Assembly: GCA_021432655.1 (NCBI GenBank)
Contig: MU271494.1
Location: 1-53,067 of the forward strand
Origin: Atractiella rhizophila
Lineage: Eukaryota
Length of the DNA: 53,067 nucleotides
Direction: 5' to 3'
A model generated the notes under the pieces. It was given only the letters and a program-made list of their open reading frames with translations. It ran no database searches and was not told the origin of the DNA. Positions 12,799 to 23,629 of this stretch are shown here, in pieces (positions within the stretch are counted from its first letter, which is position 1; every line of letters starts with the position of its first letter). The position numbers were made by a program, and so were the translations under genes.

Positions 12799-14299
12799 TC
12801 TCTCTTAATTCATCACTTATCGTATGCTGACACATGTTGTTATCATATAGTTCGCTTCCGGGGGAATGCCAGGTGAAGCTAATACTTTGAAGAGAGGAGG
12901 ATGAGTTAGAGCGAAAGTTTACAAGAACGAAACCAGAGGCAGTGGATGCATTTTCTGTGCCAGAAACTCCTCAACCTGCACCTCAGTTGTCAACCCTTTC
13001 TCATGTGGATGTGGATATTCCAAAGATCATACTTCCATACCATTTAGTATCCAAATGGAATCTGTATTTCTTTGTCTGTAGGTGGAAGCCCAAACGTGCA
13101 TGAGTCACGTTTGTTATCTTCTCTTCTCTTCTCTTCCATCACACACTAATTAGCTTGACAGGTCCACAACACCTTCATCCATGCCAGAGGATGCTGAAAC
13201 TCAGCCTATCATGATGGAGGATGATTTGCATTGGGATGCTATGATGAGGAATATTGCTGATTCCGTAGAGGTTGTTGAAGACTGGTCCACCTTGGTATAG
13301 GTGCTTTCTGACATCAAACAAGAGTTCGCTAACTGTTACCAGACCAAGAAAGCGAATAACCAGGTGCCAGATGGAGAGACGTGAAAGATGGTCTCCAGAA
13401 CCAATGTGGCTCAAACCAATTATCTGGTTTGTTACCGTTTGATCCATCTTTCGAATTGTGCACTAAGTATTGCTCCTCTTACAGACATGCAATATTCCTT
13501 TGATACCTTTCATGCCCGTAAGGGCAGACAATCTCATGTGCTGGATGTGGCTGAACTGCCCACACCACCGTGTCACCTTCCACAACGGCCAACACTAGTC
13601 ATACCTCTTACAGATTGCTCCGAAATGTTGGAAAGGAGCTCCCAAGTGAGTGATTTCATCCAATAAACAGTGTTTTGTCTAAGGTCCTACAAATGGAAAG
13701 CCTTCTCCATCGCCACCCACGATGCCTCCTCTAGCTCCATCAAATCACATCGAAGTAACAAAAACTATAACGCCAGGTAGTATACCTCGCATCACTTCTC
13801 AGTCCATTTTCGTCCAATCCAGCTGAAAGGTCGAGTATAGGTCAGTTGGAAATGAGGAGCGAGCCTGAGCAAATGACAAGTAAGTCACCTCTGCTATCAT
13901 GCTGCAAGCAGACATAATATTGAGTGTATCAAATAGCTGTTATCTCCCCTGCTAGCTTTCTACTAGCAGCTCCGCTCTCAATGATCCCTCTTCAAATTCC
14001 CATTTGCAAGAATATCTCCAATAGCACAACAGGAAATACAACGAGCAGCAAGCCGCTCGCTCACCCTCCGGTCTGTTGTTGACACTTCTTACCATTGCTA
14101 CTCTGACATGTTTGGTAGATGATGCCCATAACATCACAAGACAGCCGTAACAAGGGCCAGTATATGGTTCTTTTGTAGAGGATCATGACTGATTGTTGCA
14201 TGTTGCATTAGGATAGCTTTTATACACCATCGAGAGAGACAATGGCAGTATCAGGGAATATCACAATACAGGATAGCAACAGATTCCAGAACTACGAAA

Positions 14300-14428
14300 A
14301 ATCTCCCTACACGTTCTGGCCAGCGTTCCAGAATGTCCCAAATGTCCCAAGTAGTTTACACAATGGGACGATTTGGGATCCTTCCCAAATCTTCCAGTCC
14401 CAAGTTCCCAAAGTGAACATGACAGGGT
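14300..14428 (-). repeat. Putative transposon end (ACCCTGTCA terminus) with TCCCA/TGGGA micro-repeats
   Basis: Multiple gtcccaa/ttcccaa/tggga motifs end in ...catgacagggt. The reverse complement begins accctgtca, as at 15339 and 22892. Confidence 0.45.
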
Positions 14429-14429
14429 T

Positions 14430-15330
14430 GAACCGTAAGGTCTCCATAGCTATTCTGATGGGCGGAGTGGGACAATAAAATTCTTCAGTGTAACCCCTTT
14501 TAATCCTTCTTTATGTAGTAAAGGTAGAAATTTGACGAGATGCAGATCTGTAAGCACTGCAAATGCAAGCCACAAAAATGATTAGAATACATTTCATTGG
14601 TACTTAAGAGAAATAGCTTTACCTGCAAATGTAAGCCACAAAAACAATGGGACTCAAACAGCGGGTCTTGCATTTTGTGAGAAATATCAGTGGGGCCCGT
14701 TGTCATCCATGAGCCAATTATCAAGCAATAGAAGAAGACAAACGGAAAGAGAAAGAGTCATAAGACCGAAACGACGTAGAATGTGAGAAATGGGAATGCA
14801 CAAATGTCCATCAAAATTTACCTGCTAAAGGAAAACCACCTTTAAAATAATAATCTACCCTATGTCTTAGTAAATTAGATGAGCCCACATATTTATGACC
14901 TGTAGTTTTACGTGAAAAAAATATATTCCAAAGCCTGGCAAACTGAGACAGACGGGATGGTGCAAGCCCTACCTATGGAACGTCGCCTCCTACGTCCTTG
15001 AAAACGTACCAGGTGACCGCCATGCCCCCATCTCCTCTCGCATGATTCCCATTTGCCACCTCTCTCGCACTTTCTACATACTGATCTCCCAATCAACCTT
15101 GATGACGTAGCTCCTAGTTCTTTTCTTATTTTCTCATTTCTTTCAATTTTCTGGAAGGACACGTATTTGCTCCGATTTGCTCCGGCCGTTGCTCCAGTCC
15201 TTCTCCTGACCTGCAATTTCCAATTGTCGCCTGTCATCCTGCCTTCCGCGTCAAAAAGTCACAAGGTGAAATGCCTCCACGCCGTGAGGGTTGTCCACAT
15301 CAGAACGCCTACGGAGACCTTACAGGTTCA
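14430..15330. mobile_element. Possible ~0.9-kb non-autonomous TIR element
   Basis: Left gaaccgtaaggtctccatagctattctgatg and right catcagaacgcctacggagaccttacaggttc are imperfect ~30-bp inverted repeats. The interior is AT-rich with no convincing ORF. The TSD is not resolved. Confidence 0.5.
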
Positions 15331-15462
15331 AAGGTTCAACCCCTGTCAAAAATGGATTGGTCACTTTTTGGCACTTTTGTCACTTGCTGATCGGAATTGG
15401 GCATTTTTGGGCATTTTTTGCCGTTCCACCTCTCGGTCCACTTTCTCTCGGCTGAGGAACGT

Positions 15463-16192
15463 TGGTCGCCCCGAGGGTTTTGCGCTCAATCAATTCCGAG
15501 ATTTGCGCTGCATCACAAAAGTGGTCAACCTCTCGAACTCGAATATTCTTGAATGCAAAATGTAGTAATGATTAACAATTCATCTTGAATACAATTTAGG
15601 CTGATCCAGTATCTATGAATGCAATGTGTCTGTCTCTGAAGCAAACAGTAAAATAAAATAAAAGATATCGGTACGTGGAAACTTGAAAAGTAATCACACC
15701 TTCTGACATCAATACCCAATGTGTTTTCCTTTTAAGGAGCTTGAACATAATGTATGTGATGCTGGTATTGCCCTGTATAACATTAATAATGATGAGTGAA
15801 CATTCAAAAAAGCGGAGCAAAAAATACTCACCTTCATATATCAAAAAATACTCACCTTCATATATCAAAAAATACAATTTGCTATTACTTCACCATTATT
15901 CATCGTATTTTAGACGTAAGCAGCACGAATGGGAGACCTGTGACGTAGCTTCGACGACGTATAATGTGTATTGAGAATGAGCAAATATTTAAAAAAGCAG
16001 AGGACAAAATACGCACCCCAAATACATCAAAACATGCAATTCCCAATTGCTTCACCATTATTCATCGTATTTTAGACATAAGCAGCGCGAATGGGACGCC
16101 TGAGATGTAGCTTCAACGATGTATAATTTGTAATAAGAATGAGCTAATATTTAAAAAGCAGAGGACAAAATGCGCACCTCATATATGTCAAA
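15463..16192 (-). mobile_element. Terminal fragment of the satellite-tipped element (copy A)
   Basis: tggtcgccccgagggttttgcgctc... aligns with 25963 onward and with the reverse complement of the 41377 end. It has 162-bp repeat units (15888, 16050) and a private 24-bp tandem duplication near 15818-15871. Confidence 0.85.
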
Positions 16193-16344
16193 GGTTACAA
16201 AATTGATAGGATTAAAAGACAAACAAAGAGGTGGATATGGAATCAGGTGACAGTTACCTGAAGCAGTTGTAAAGGGAGAATCCAGTGATCTACTTGTTTT
16301 ACGAATGAAGTAGAATTTGCAAAGTAGTTTCATTTTCCCTAATC

Positions 16345-18835
16345 ACTATTCACTGTCAATCCCAGCCCAACTATGAACCAATCTCTCATCCAGTGCCTTG
16401 GAATAATAGCCACCACTTCATCTATATCCTCCACTTCCACCAACTCTTGTGTATCACTGTTACCTGGCTGGCAAGATATTACAATACCATATCTATCATG
16501 AAGTTGGATTGATGATGAATGAGAGCCAGAAAAAATTTTCTCTCTGTTCCAGTTAGTTCTAGAAAGTACTGAACCTCACCATATTGTGTATACTTAGTCT
16601 TATTGTGACTATTGACAATAGCTCCTCGATACTTGATCTGATGACTGACATGGACTGAATTGGGTTGGCGTTGTGATTCTTTCCATAATGTGTGTACACT
16701 TTCACCATTCGGGAGTTACAGTCGTGCCCATTTGTGAACATGGCAGTCCCACTCCGCAACATCATATCCATTCTTCATTAGATATTGCTGAATTGCTTTT
16801 TTCTCTTTACCATCTATCTTGCACCACTCTCTGGCAGGTAGGAGAGCCTTGTCCCCTGGAAGAGGGAGTCCTCCGCGTGGTAAGTTGTTGACTCGCTCGT
16901 TGTGTAGATGAGATGGATCAATTGTGTGGAGGGCTTGACATTGGGCCAGCCATATTGACTGCTGTGAGAGATTTTCATAGGGCTTCGAAGGGTGCTTGAT
17001 ACGAGAAGCAAGAATACCTAGTGTTCGTTCCAGGGTCCACTGAGTGATATAGATAAAAGGTCCGAGGCGGCGAGCTTGTGGAGCATGGTGAAGCATCTTA
17101 TGAAGAGAGGGACGGCAAAAGTGAACCCGTTCAATATCATTCTGGTAATAAAGCTGCTCAAATTCTTCAATATATTCAATGATATGTTTCTCAGCTAAAT
17201 CGAGCTCCACAGAGGAGATATCACGCTTTCGAAGAATCCAGATTGCAGAGACAATCTTGAGATAATTTGTGTAGTATGGCTCCAGTACGACTCCTTCCAA
17301 CAGTCCCGGCGCAACTCCATAGAAGTAAGTCTCCCATTCTTTTGCTTTATAGGCAGAAAACTTAATATCAACGTTTCGAAGATATTTATCCCATGAAGCT
17401 GGAAGATATGTCCTTGTTGCCTCAACACGTGTTCCATGTTCCTCCCAAATCCTGCCCCAAAGAACTTGTCAGGGGGGAAAATCATGGGCGGCCATACCTT
17501 CAGGTAGTGGATTACCATCATCACCATGTTTTCGTTTCCCCTTCTTATGACTTGCTGCCTGCCAATCTGGCCGGACTGTACCACGCCATAAGCCGATGAT
17601 GAGCTGAGGAAAGTTGAGGTTTGGATGATGCATCCCATCCACAACAAAGCAATAAGGAACACCTCCACCTAGAGTAACAAGCTCAGAGAAGAGAGAATCA
17701 CGGACAATGCCGTATTCGGTTGATAACTCTTTCGCTCGAGTTTGATTTCCAGTGGCAGCAGCGGACATGATATCGTTAATGTGCTTTCGATACTGTGACG
17801 GAGACTCTCTTGGCAGGTTCCGAGGATCATAGTTGGGCCGTAGAGCTTCAGATTCATGGTAGTCATCAGGACGATGAAGAGGGCAGTAATAAGTTGAAGC
17901 GCCAGGTTTGTGCACTCCTACAGCTGCACATCCCTGAATGTGACAACCCAGCCGTCCATTATGCCCCACTCCGCCAGCCAGCTCAGTTGCACATATGGTA
18001 TCCAAAAGCCTAGACCCAGGAATGGTCGTGAACCAAACCATGTCTTTGTTTGAGCCCATCAAATACTGGAAATCCAGTCTGTGAAAGTTATTTGAGCCGT
18101 TCGAATATGGGATAGAGATATGAATAGAGATCCAATGGTTTATTTGGACCTGGTATTGTGCAGAGAGGTATGACAAACTGCTGAAGATAGAGAAGATGAG
18201 GAGGAAGATTATAGTGGATCATTTTGACAAAGACTGCATCAGATGGTTTCTTGTTGGTGAATAATTGGGCTCCATCGACCAAGAGAAACACCATTGAATC
18301 TGATGGGCAAATGATGTTATCACGAGCTTCCTGGAGATAGTCTGAGCCACAATAAACATCATCAAACCGTCTGGGCAGATTGCCAGTTTGAGGGCATTGT
18401 TGCAGAAGCTCTTTAGTACGCCTGGCACGATGTTTGGATGCTGAGGCTCCTTGTGGTGTTGACCAACGTGCTTCAATCGCCACTTGAAAGGGGACAATAA
18501 AGTATCTTTGCTTGGATCTCTTTGCTTCTCTTCCCCTGCACTTGAAGATATCATAGCGAGCAGCTCCACATTTTGGACAGTGTGTCTTTTCCTTTCATGG
18601 ACCGGTGAAAGCTACACAGGAGAGAGCAGGACACATATCAAAACCTTGAGGAACCAGTCGACTCTTCTTTTCAATTAATCGCTTGACACAAAAGAGGGAG
18701 AGGACAGTTCGGTTTGAGCGTGCTGAGATGATAGTGCGTATATCCTTATACAGTTCATCAGGGGCTCAACCATTACAGGCCATGAAAAGCTTGACAGAGA
18801 AGAGCTCGTCTTCGGATAGCGGTGTTAAAAGCCGA
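16345..18835 (-). pseudogene. CACTA/EnSpm (Transposase_21/tnp2-like) transposase pseudogene, copy 2
   Basis: FDDVYCGSDYLQ, FLLVDGAQLFTNKKPSD, YNLPPHL...IPGPNKPLDLYSYLYP, VGHNGRLGCHIQGC, CFVVDGMHHPNLN and YYQNDIERVHFCRPSLHKMLHHAPQARRLGP...TQWTLERTLG. Split over several frames. Confidence 0.9.
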
Positions 18836-19402
18836 TGCGATTAATCCCTCTCCATCATCTGACCTTATCAAGACAATCTACGAACACTGGATAGAGTGTG
18901 AGCATGGCCCAGAAAGCAACATGCATTTGAAGACCCTTACTGGTATGTATTTTGACTTACCTTGGCCCTCTATCCTAATAAACCACCAGGTCTTTGGTTA
19001 GGCCTCGATGCAACCCTCAAGGTTACCAAGAAGGCAAACATTTACACTACCGTGAAGGAGACTGGTGGTCGTCAAAAAGTACAAGTTACAAATATTTTTG
19101 GTGGAGGATTGTTGACGATGGTAAATGAGGACTGAGAACTTGTTGGATATGTAAGTTATAAGGTTGCTGTCATCTGTAAATTCAAGGCCTAATGATAACA
19201 ATCCAGGAATTTCTTGTTGGAAACTCACCGCTTGAGATGGGTCCACCACTTCAAGATTTTGCTCAACGTGCACGGCTCCTTGGAGTCGACTTTGAAGGTA
19301 GCGGGCAGGCATGTGTTGACCTCTGCTGTCAACATAAGAACAGCACCCTTCTCTAAGTGCCCAAACTCTGGATTGGTCAGGATCTAGCTCATCTCGAGAT
19401 GC

Positions 19403-20146
19403 GTGTCTTTGAAACAATTCCTCATATCAATCCGGTTCCACCTCATTGTCGATTTCTCCCAGAAACCCCACTCTCAAAATGTCCCCCCTCTCAAGTCAAT
19501 TAATGACGATATCGACACTACCTTCTTCAGCAACAGGTGGGATGGTTTCCCTACCATGCGGCGCTTACTTCTCTCAGTTCCACAAGACACCGAGGTTATG
19601 ACTCTGGACGTCAAAGCTGCCTTCAGGACTTTTTCAACTAGCCCGGATTCAAGGTGCTATTTCGTTTTCCAGGACTTCGAAGGTCAGTTCTGGGTAGATA
19701 CGGTGGCCTCCTTTGGTTGTGCTTCTTGCCCCGGCAATTACGGGCTCTTGAACGACTGCTGGATCAACTTCATCTCCTCGCTCTTCTGGATTGCCATTCA
19801 CTGGGTCGACGACAACCTGTTCTTCAGATCTCGCTCTGCCTCTCAGTGGTACAATCTGAGGGATGTCCGGAATATCCTAGAAGAGCTAGGTGTTCACATT
19901 AACAGAAAGAAGGCCTTTGATTTCTCTCATACGTTCAAGTACATTGGTTTCACTTGGAGCTTCGTCGACCGTTCCGTGTCCCTTCCCCACCTAAAACTCC
20001 TCAAAGCCGTCACCCTCCTAGAACTCTGGCTCATCCCCACCTTTGGTTCGATGCAAGCACAGACTGGGGAATCAGCACAGCGATCCAAGGTTATTGGTCC
20101 GTCTGGAAGTAGAAGTCTAGCTTGTCACGCTTGGACAAGGAGATAG
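19403..20146 (+). pseudogene. Reverse transcriptase domain (DIRS-like)
   Basis: FHLIVDFS..SINDDID..MTLDVKAAFRT..GQFWVDTVASFGCASCPG..HWVDDNLFF..FKYIGFTW. Confidence 0.9.
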
Positions 20147-20400
20147 GCTTTGATGAGATGCTGGCTTGTGAGCTGGGGATTTATCTTCTCCATCACTTAT
20201 TCTCCACGCTGCCCTCTAAATTCAATGTCCCCTCATCACACCGTGGTTCCATCATCCTTCACACCGACAACACAGGTGTCCGGTTTATCCTTGACAAAGG
20301 TTGGACTTCCAACGTCAACTCCAATTCATCTCTGAAGCGCATTTACGCCGTCTGCCAACAGCTTACTATCGAACTCTCTTCTCGTTGGCTAGCCTCTGGA
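20122..20400 (+). pseudogene. DIRS-type RNase H, C-terminal part
   Basis: IGFDEMLACELG..IILHTDNTGV..LDKGWTSNVNSNSSLKRI..WLASG. The N-terminal catalytic Asp region appears deleted. Confidence 0.75.
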
Positions 20401-20949
20401 CTGACTCACTGTTACACGGCAATTTCTAATCCTTCGACCCTTTATTATTCTCCCCATTTCCCCCCACCACAGATCTCCAACTTAGTATCGTATTTCTGCA
20501 GCTATCCACACCTCTTATGTAGGGTTTCTTCCTCAGAACCCAGTTTCGAACCCTTTATCTAATAGTTTTCCATGGATACTTCCTTACCCTTTACTTATAG
20601 TTATAGGGCTCTCCCCTATACCCTTCCTTCCTTCTCCTAATGAGTAGCCCTAATTTCATCAATTTGGCAAATCTGCAGCGGCTGTGTTTGTGTCAGGCGC
20701 AGTTAGAGCCAGCCTCATACCAAATCCAGTCCTCTATCCCCCCTCTTTCTTTGCTCACACCTTTATCCTCCATGGGGCGGTCCACACTCATGATTCCCTA
20801 TGTTCATAAGTCTTCTACTTCATGGCACCACAGCCTGAAAGGTGTCTCCAAGACAAACACTCCTTCACACGGACAACCTCACTCTGAGTACCTCAGCAGC
20901 TCAGCCTGCATTGCGATTTCGGGTTTCTCTACCACACTCAGAAAACTGC

Positions 20950-22629
20950 ACGCTTTCGAAGCAGAACACTCCAACTTGCGAGCTAAGGAAGCCTTTAACC
21001 CAGACATCTCAACGTCTCTTACAATGGACTGGCGCCTCCACTCCAGACGTGGACCGCCTCACCATCAACAAGGTCATACGGTGTATTCAGAAGGTCGTAA
21101 CTGCTGCTGAATATGCCCCTGGCATCCTGGACTCCTACTCCTCTGCTATCCCGAAGTATTTGGAGTTGTGTGACAAGTCTGCAATCCCGTACTCCCACCA
21201 GTTCCCTGCCTCCCCCAACTCATCTCCAGTTTCTTACTCTGATGCTCCAGTCCCATGGATGGATGGCATTCCTAAAGCCATAGCCCCTTCTTGGACCGTC
21301 ACGCAACACTGCTTCACGATATGTCTCTGGCATCAAAGCGTGGCACATCTTCCATGGATACCCCTGGATTGGGATCACAGGCCTGATGAGCTGAAGATCT
21401 GATGCAAAGGAATAGCCAGACTTCAGGGTACAGTCAGACCCCTAAACATGCAGGCCCTCAGTGGACCACCTAAGCTTGCATATAAAGGGTGCTTGTGTAT
21501 GAGCAGGGGCGCCAAAAAAGGGGACTTGTGGCTGGAATATCATCGGAAAACATCGGATATCACAAGTATGTATGTTATATGGTGTTTGGAATCAACTGGA
21601 ACCACAAAGCAAAACTTAATGTCATTTAAACAGATCAAGCCATCCATTTGACAATGAGAGCCTTTTGCTTCAGGAATCGCCATAAGTGTTGCAAATATTC
21701 TCCATTTCTCACACAGAACTGTGTCAGTGAGGATGATGCCACGGTGAAGCTCCTGCTTGACCCATTGGATGAGTGCTGCCTCTACCTCTGGATAGTGACA
21801 ACGTGTCTTTTTTCGTGGCCAAGTTCTCAGATTTGTCTGCTTCTTTCCGAATTTTGTGCTTGTCTTTGAAGTATTGAGACAGAGTTGCTGCACTGAGAGT
21901 ATTGGAACCATTCTTCCTCCAGTGTTGTGCTTGTTCCTCCAAATTCTTTCCCTTATTCTTCTCAGCATAGTCTATAAACACCAGTTTATCAAGATTCATG
22001 GGATGGGAACACTTTCGCTTGAGAGTGACAGGTTGGGCTGAAGAAAGGTTGCCCCAAACACGCTTTGGATGTGCTGCTGTGGTTGTGATTGAAAGAGCAT
22101 TGCTATTTTATGTGCTTCTTTCGTTTTTGGCACCATGGCTGACGAGTGGTGGGTTGAGACAAGGATAAAATTTCAAGGGAGTCGTGACCATGACTTTTGC
22201 GTGCCAAAAGAAGGTTTTGAAGGTCACATGCCGCACTCTCAAAATGCAATCACAGCCAAAAGTTGCAAGCAACTGCTTGCATACTGAGAACTGAATCTGC
22301 AATGCATAAAGGACAAAATACATAGGAACGAGGTTGGTGGACCATTTTTCCTTGCAAGTAAAGAGGTTTGCATACTGACTAGTATGCATATTGGCAAGTC
22401 TAACTGTAGTCTCTTTAAAAAAGCACCATGCCCTCTAATCACACTAGGCATGGTCGCCTGCCTCGTCAATAACCTCAACCACAACTCCCATTTCGATGCT
22501 GTGGTCATGGCATGTGCCATCGTCTCCTTCTTCACCTTGTTCCGCATTGGAGAGTCAACAGCATGTTCCCACAAGCCATACGATCCCGAATTTGCCATCA
22601 CGAGAAGTGACATTGAGCATTCAAGTTGA
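20950..22629 (+). pseudogene. Tyrosine recombinase N-terminal half, split by the pogo insertion
   Basis: LDSYSSAIPKYLELCDKSAIP...FPAS, WH....LPW and GIARLQG lie before the insertion. After it come SLFKKAPCPLITL..LNHNSHFDAVVMACAIVSFFTLFRIGE, containing the first catalytic Arg (RxGE). Confidence 0.85.
21431..22406 (-). mobile_element. Non-autonomous pogo/Tc5 (Tc1-mariner superfamily) element, 976 bp
   Basis: Ends are TA|cagtcagac ... gtctaactg|TA, with imperfect ~22-bp TIRs. It encodes a frameshifted CENP-B/HTH_Tnp_Tc5 region (YPEVEAALIQWVKQELHRGIILTDTVLCEKW..LSNGWLDLFK) and no DDE domain. Confidence 0.92.
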
Positions 22630-22891
22630 AGCAATGGTCGGCTGGGTCAGATCAGATCGTGGTCATAATGATGCACATGTGAAGCCACTGTGTATCACTT
22701 TGGTCATCCATGCAGATGGACAGAAGGTAGAATATCAAGCACGATAGCTCAGATGCCGCCGCGGATTGCGGATTGGGAAATATTTTGTCACCAAGCACGT
22801 CAAGTTCTTAAGTCATGAAACATCCGATAGTTGCCATGAATCTGGTCCCAATGTCCCAACCGTGAAGGTCCAGTTGAATGTTGAACGTTGA

Positions 22892-23090
22892 ACCCCTGTC
22901 AAAAGCTGTTTGGTCACTTTTGGCCAACTTTGGTCGTTTTCGGTCGCTAACCAAAAAGGTGACCAATCGTGGCCAATGTGGCCAAAAAAATGTACACTTT
23001 GGCAAATCTTCTGGTCACTTTCAGAAAGCAGAAACCTACGAATCCCGTCGTTTGGCCACTTTCAGTCACTCCTTAGTCGCTTTCTAGCTT
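22892..23090 (+). repeat. Putative transposon end (ACCCCTGTCAAAA) with TGGTCACTTT/TGGCCA micro-repeats
   Basis: Shares aacccctgtcaaaa....ttggtcactttt with 15338-15370 and is followed by many tggtca/tggcca repeats. Confidence 0.55.
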
Positions 23091-23629
23091 TCCTCAAACG
23101 TATATTACTCAGCCAATATTAGTCAAATTTAGTTGCGATCACCCAAGTCTTGTGTTTACATGATTAATCCAAATCAAGGCATAGATTATAAAAAGAGAGA
23201 TCCGTAAAATGTAGGCACGAACATATGTAGAAAGCGAGAGCGTGAGTGGTGCCTGCTTTGGAATCCGCATCAGCGAGAGTGGAAGTACTGATAAGTCCTT
23301 ACTGTCAATTCTAAGCAAGAGCTGGCGGGTAAGGGAAGACAATGTCCAGAGGTACTTGCTCCAGCCGTTTACCAACCTTGCGCCAGAACTGCAGTGCATA
23401 AATACATATGATGGTCGGTGTCATGTTCTGTTTCGAGCGCAGGCGTGTTGATTCCAAGGGTCGAAAGGAATGAATTACAATGAAGTTACAATGGGCTTTT
23501 TACACCTTAAGGAACTCGGCAAAATGAGGGAAACAGCAAAGGGGAAAGAAAACTAGAGCCACAAATGACAGTGGCACGAATGCAGCTTAAAACGGTGCCA
23601 AACTCTGACAAGGCGAAAATCGACTTGCC

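Larger units (their letters stand above)
19420..22630 (+). mobile_element. DIRS/Ngaro-type tyrosine-recombinase retrotransposon remnant (RT, RNase H, YR)
   Basis: RT, RNase H and YR fragments are colinear on the + strand. gag and the termini are not seen. A pogo element interrupts it at 21431-22406. Confidence 0.85.

Noticed and set aside
15596..15974. Small paralogous ORFs (also 26012-26325, 41000-41332) as a gene family
   Set aside because: They fall in the AT-rich subterminal satellite module, and their frames and stops differ between copies.
19403..20146. Bacterial retron, DGR or group II intron reverse transcriptase
   Set aside because: The motifs and the downstream RNase H and tyrosine recombinase indicate a DIRS-type retrotransposon. 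No TR/VR pair or msr-msd was seen.
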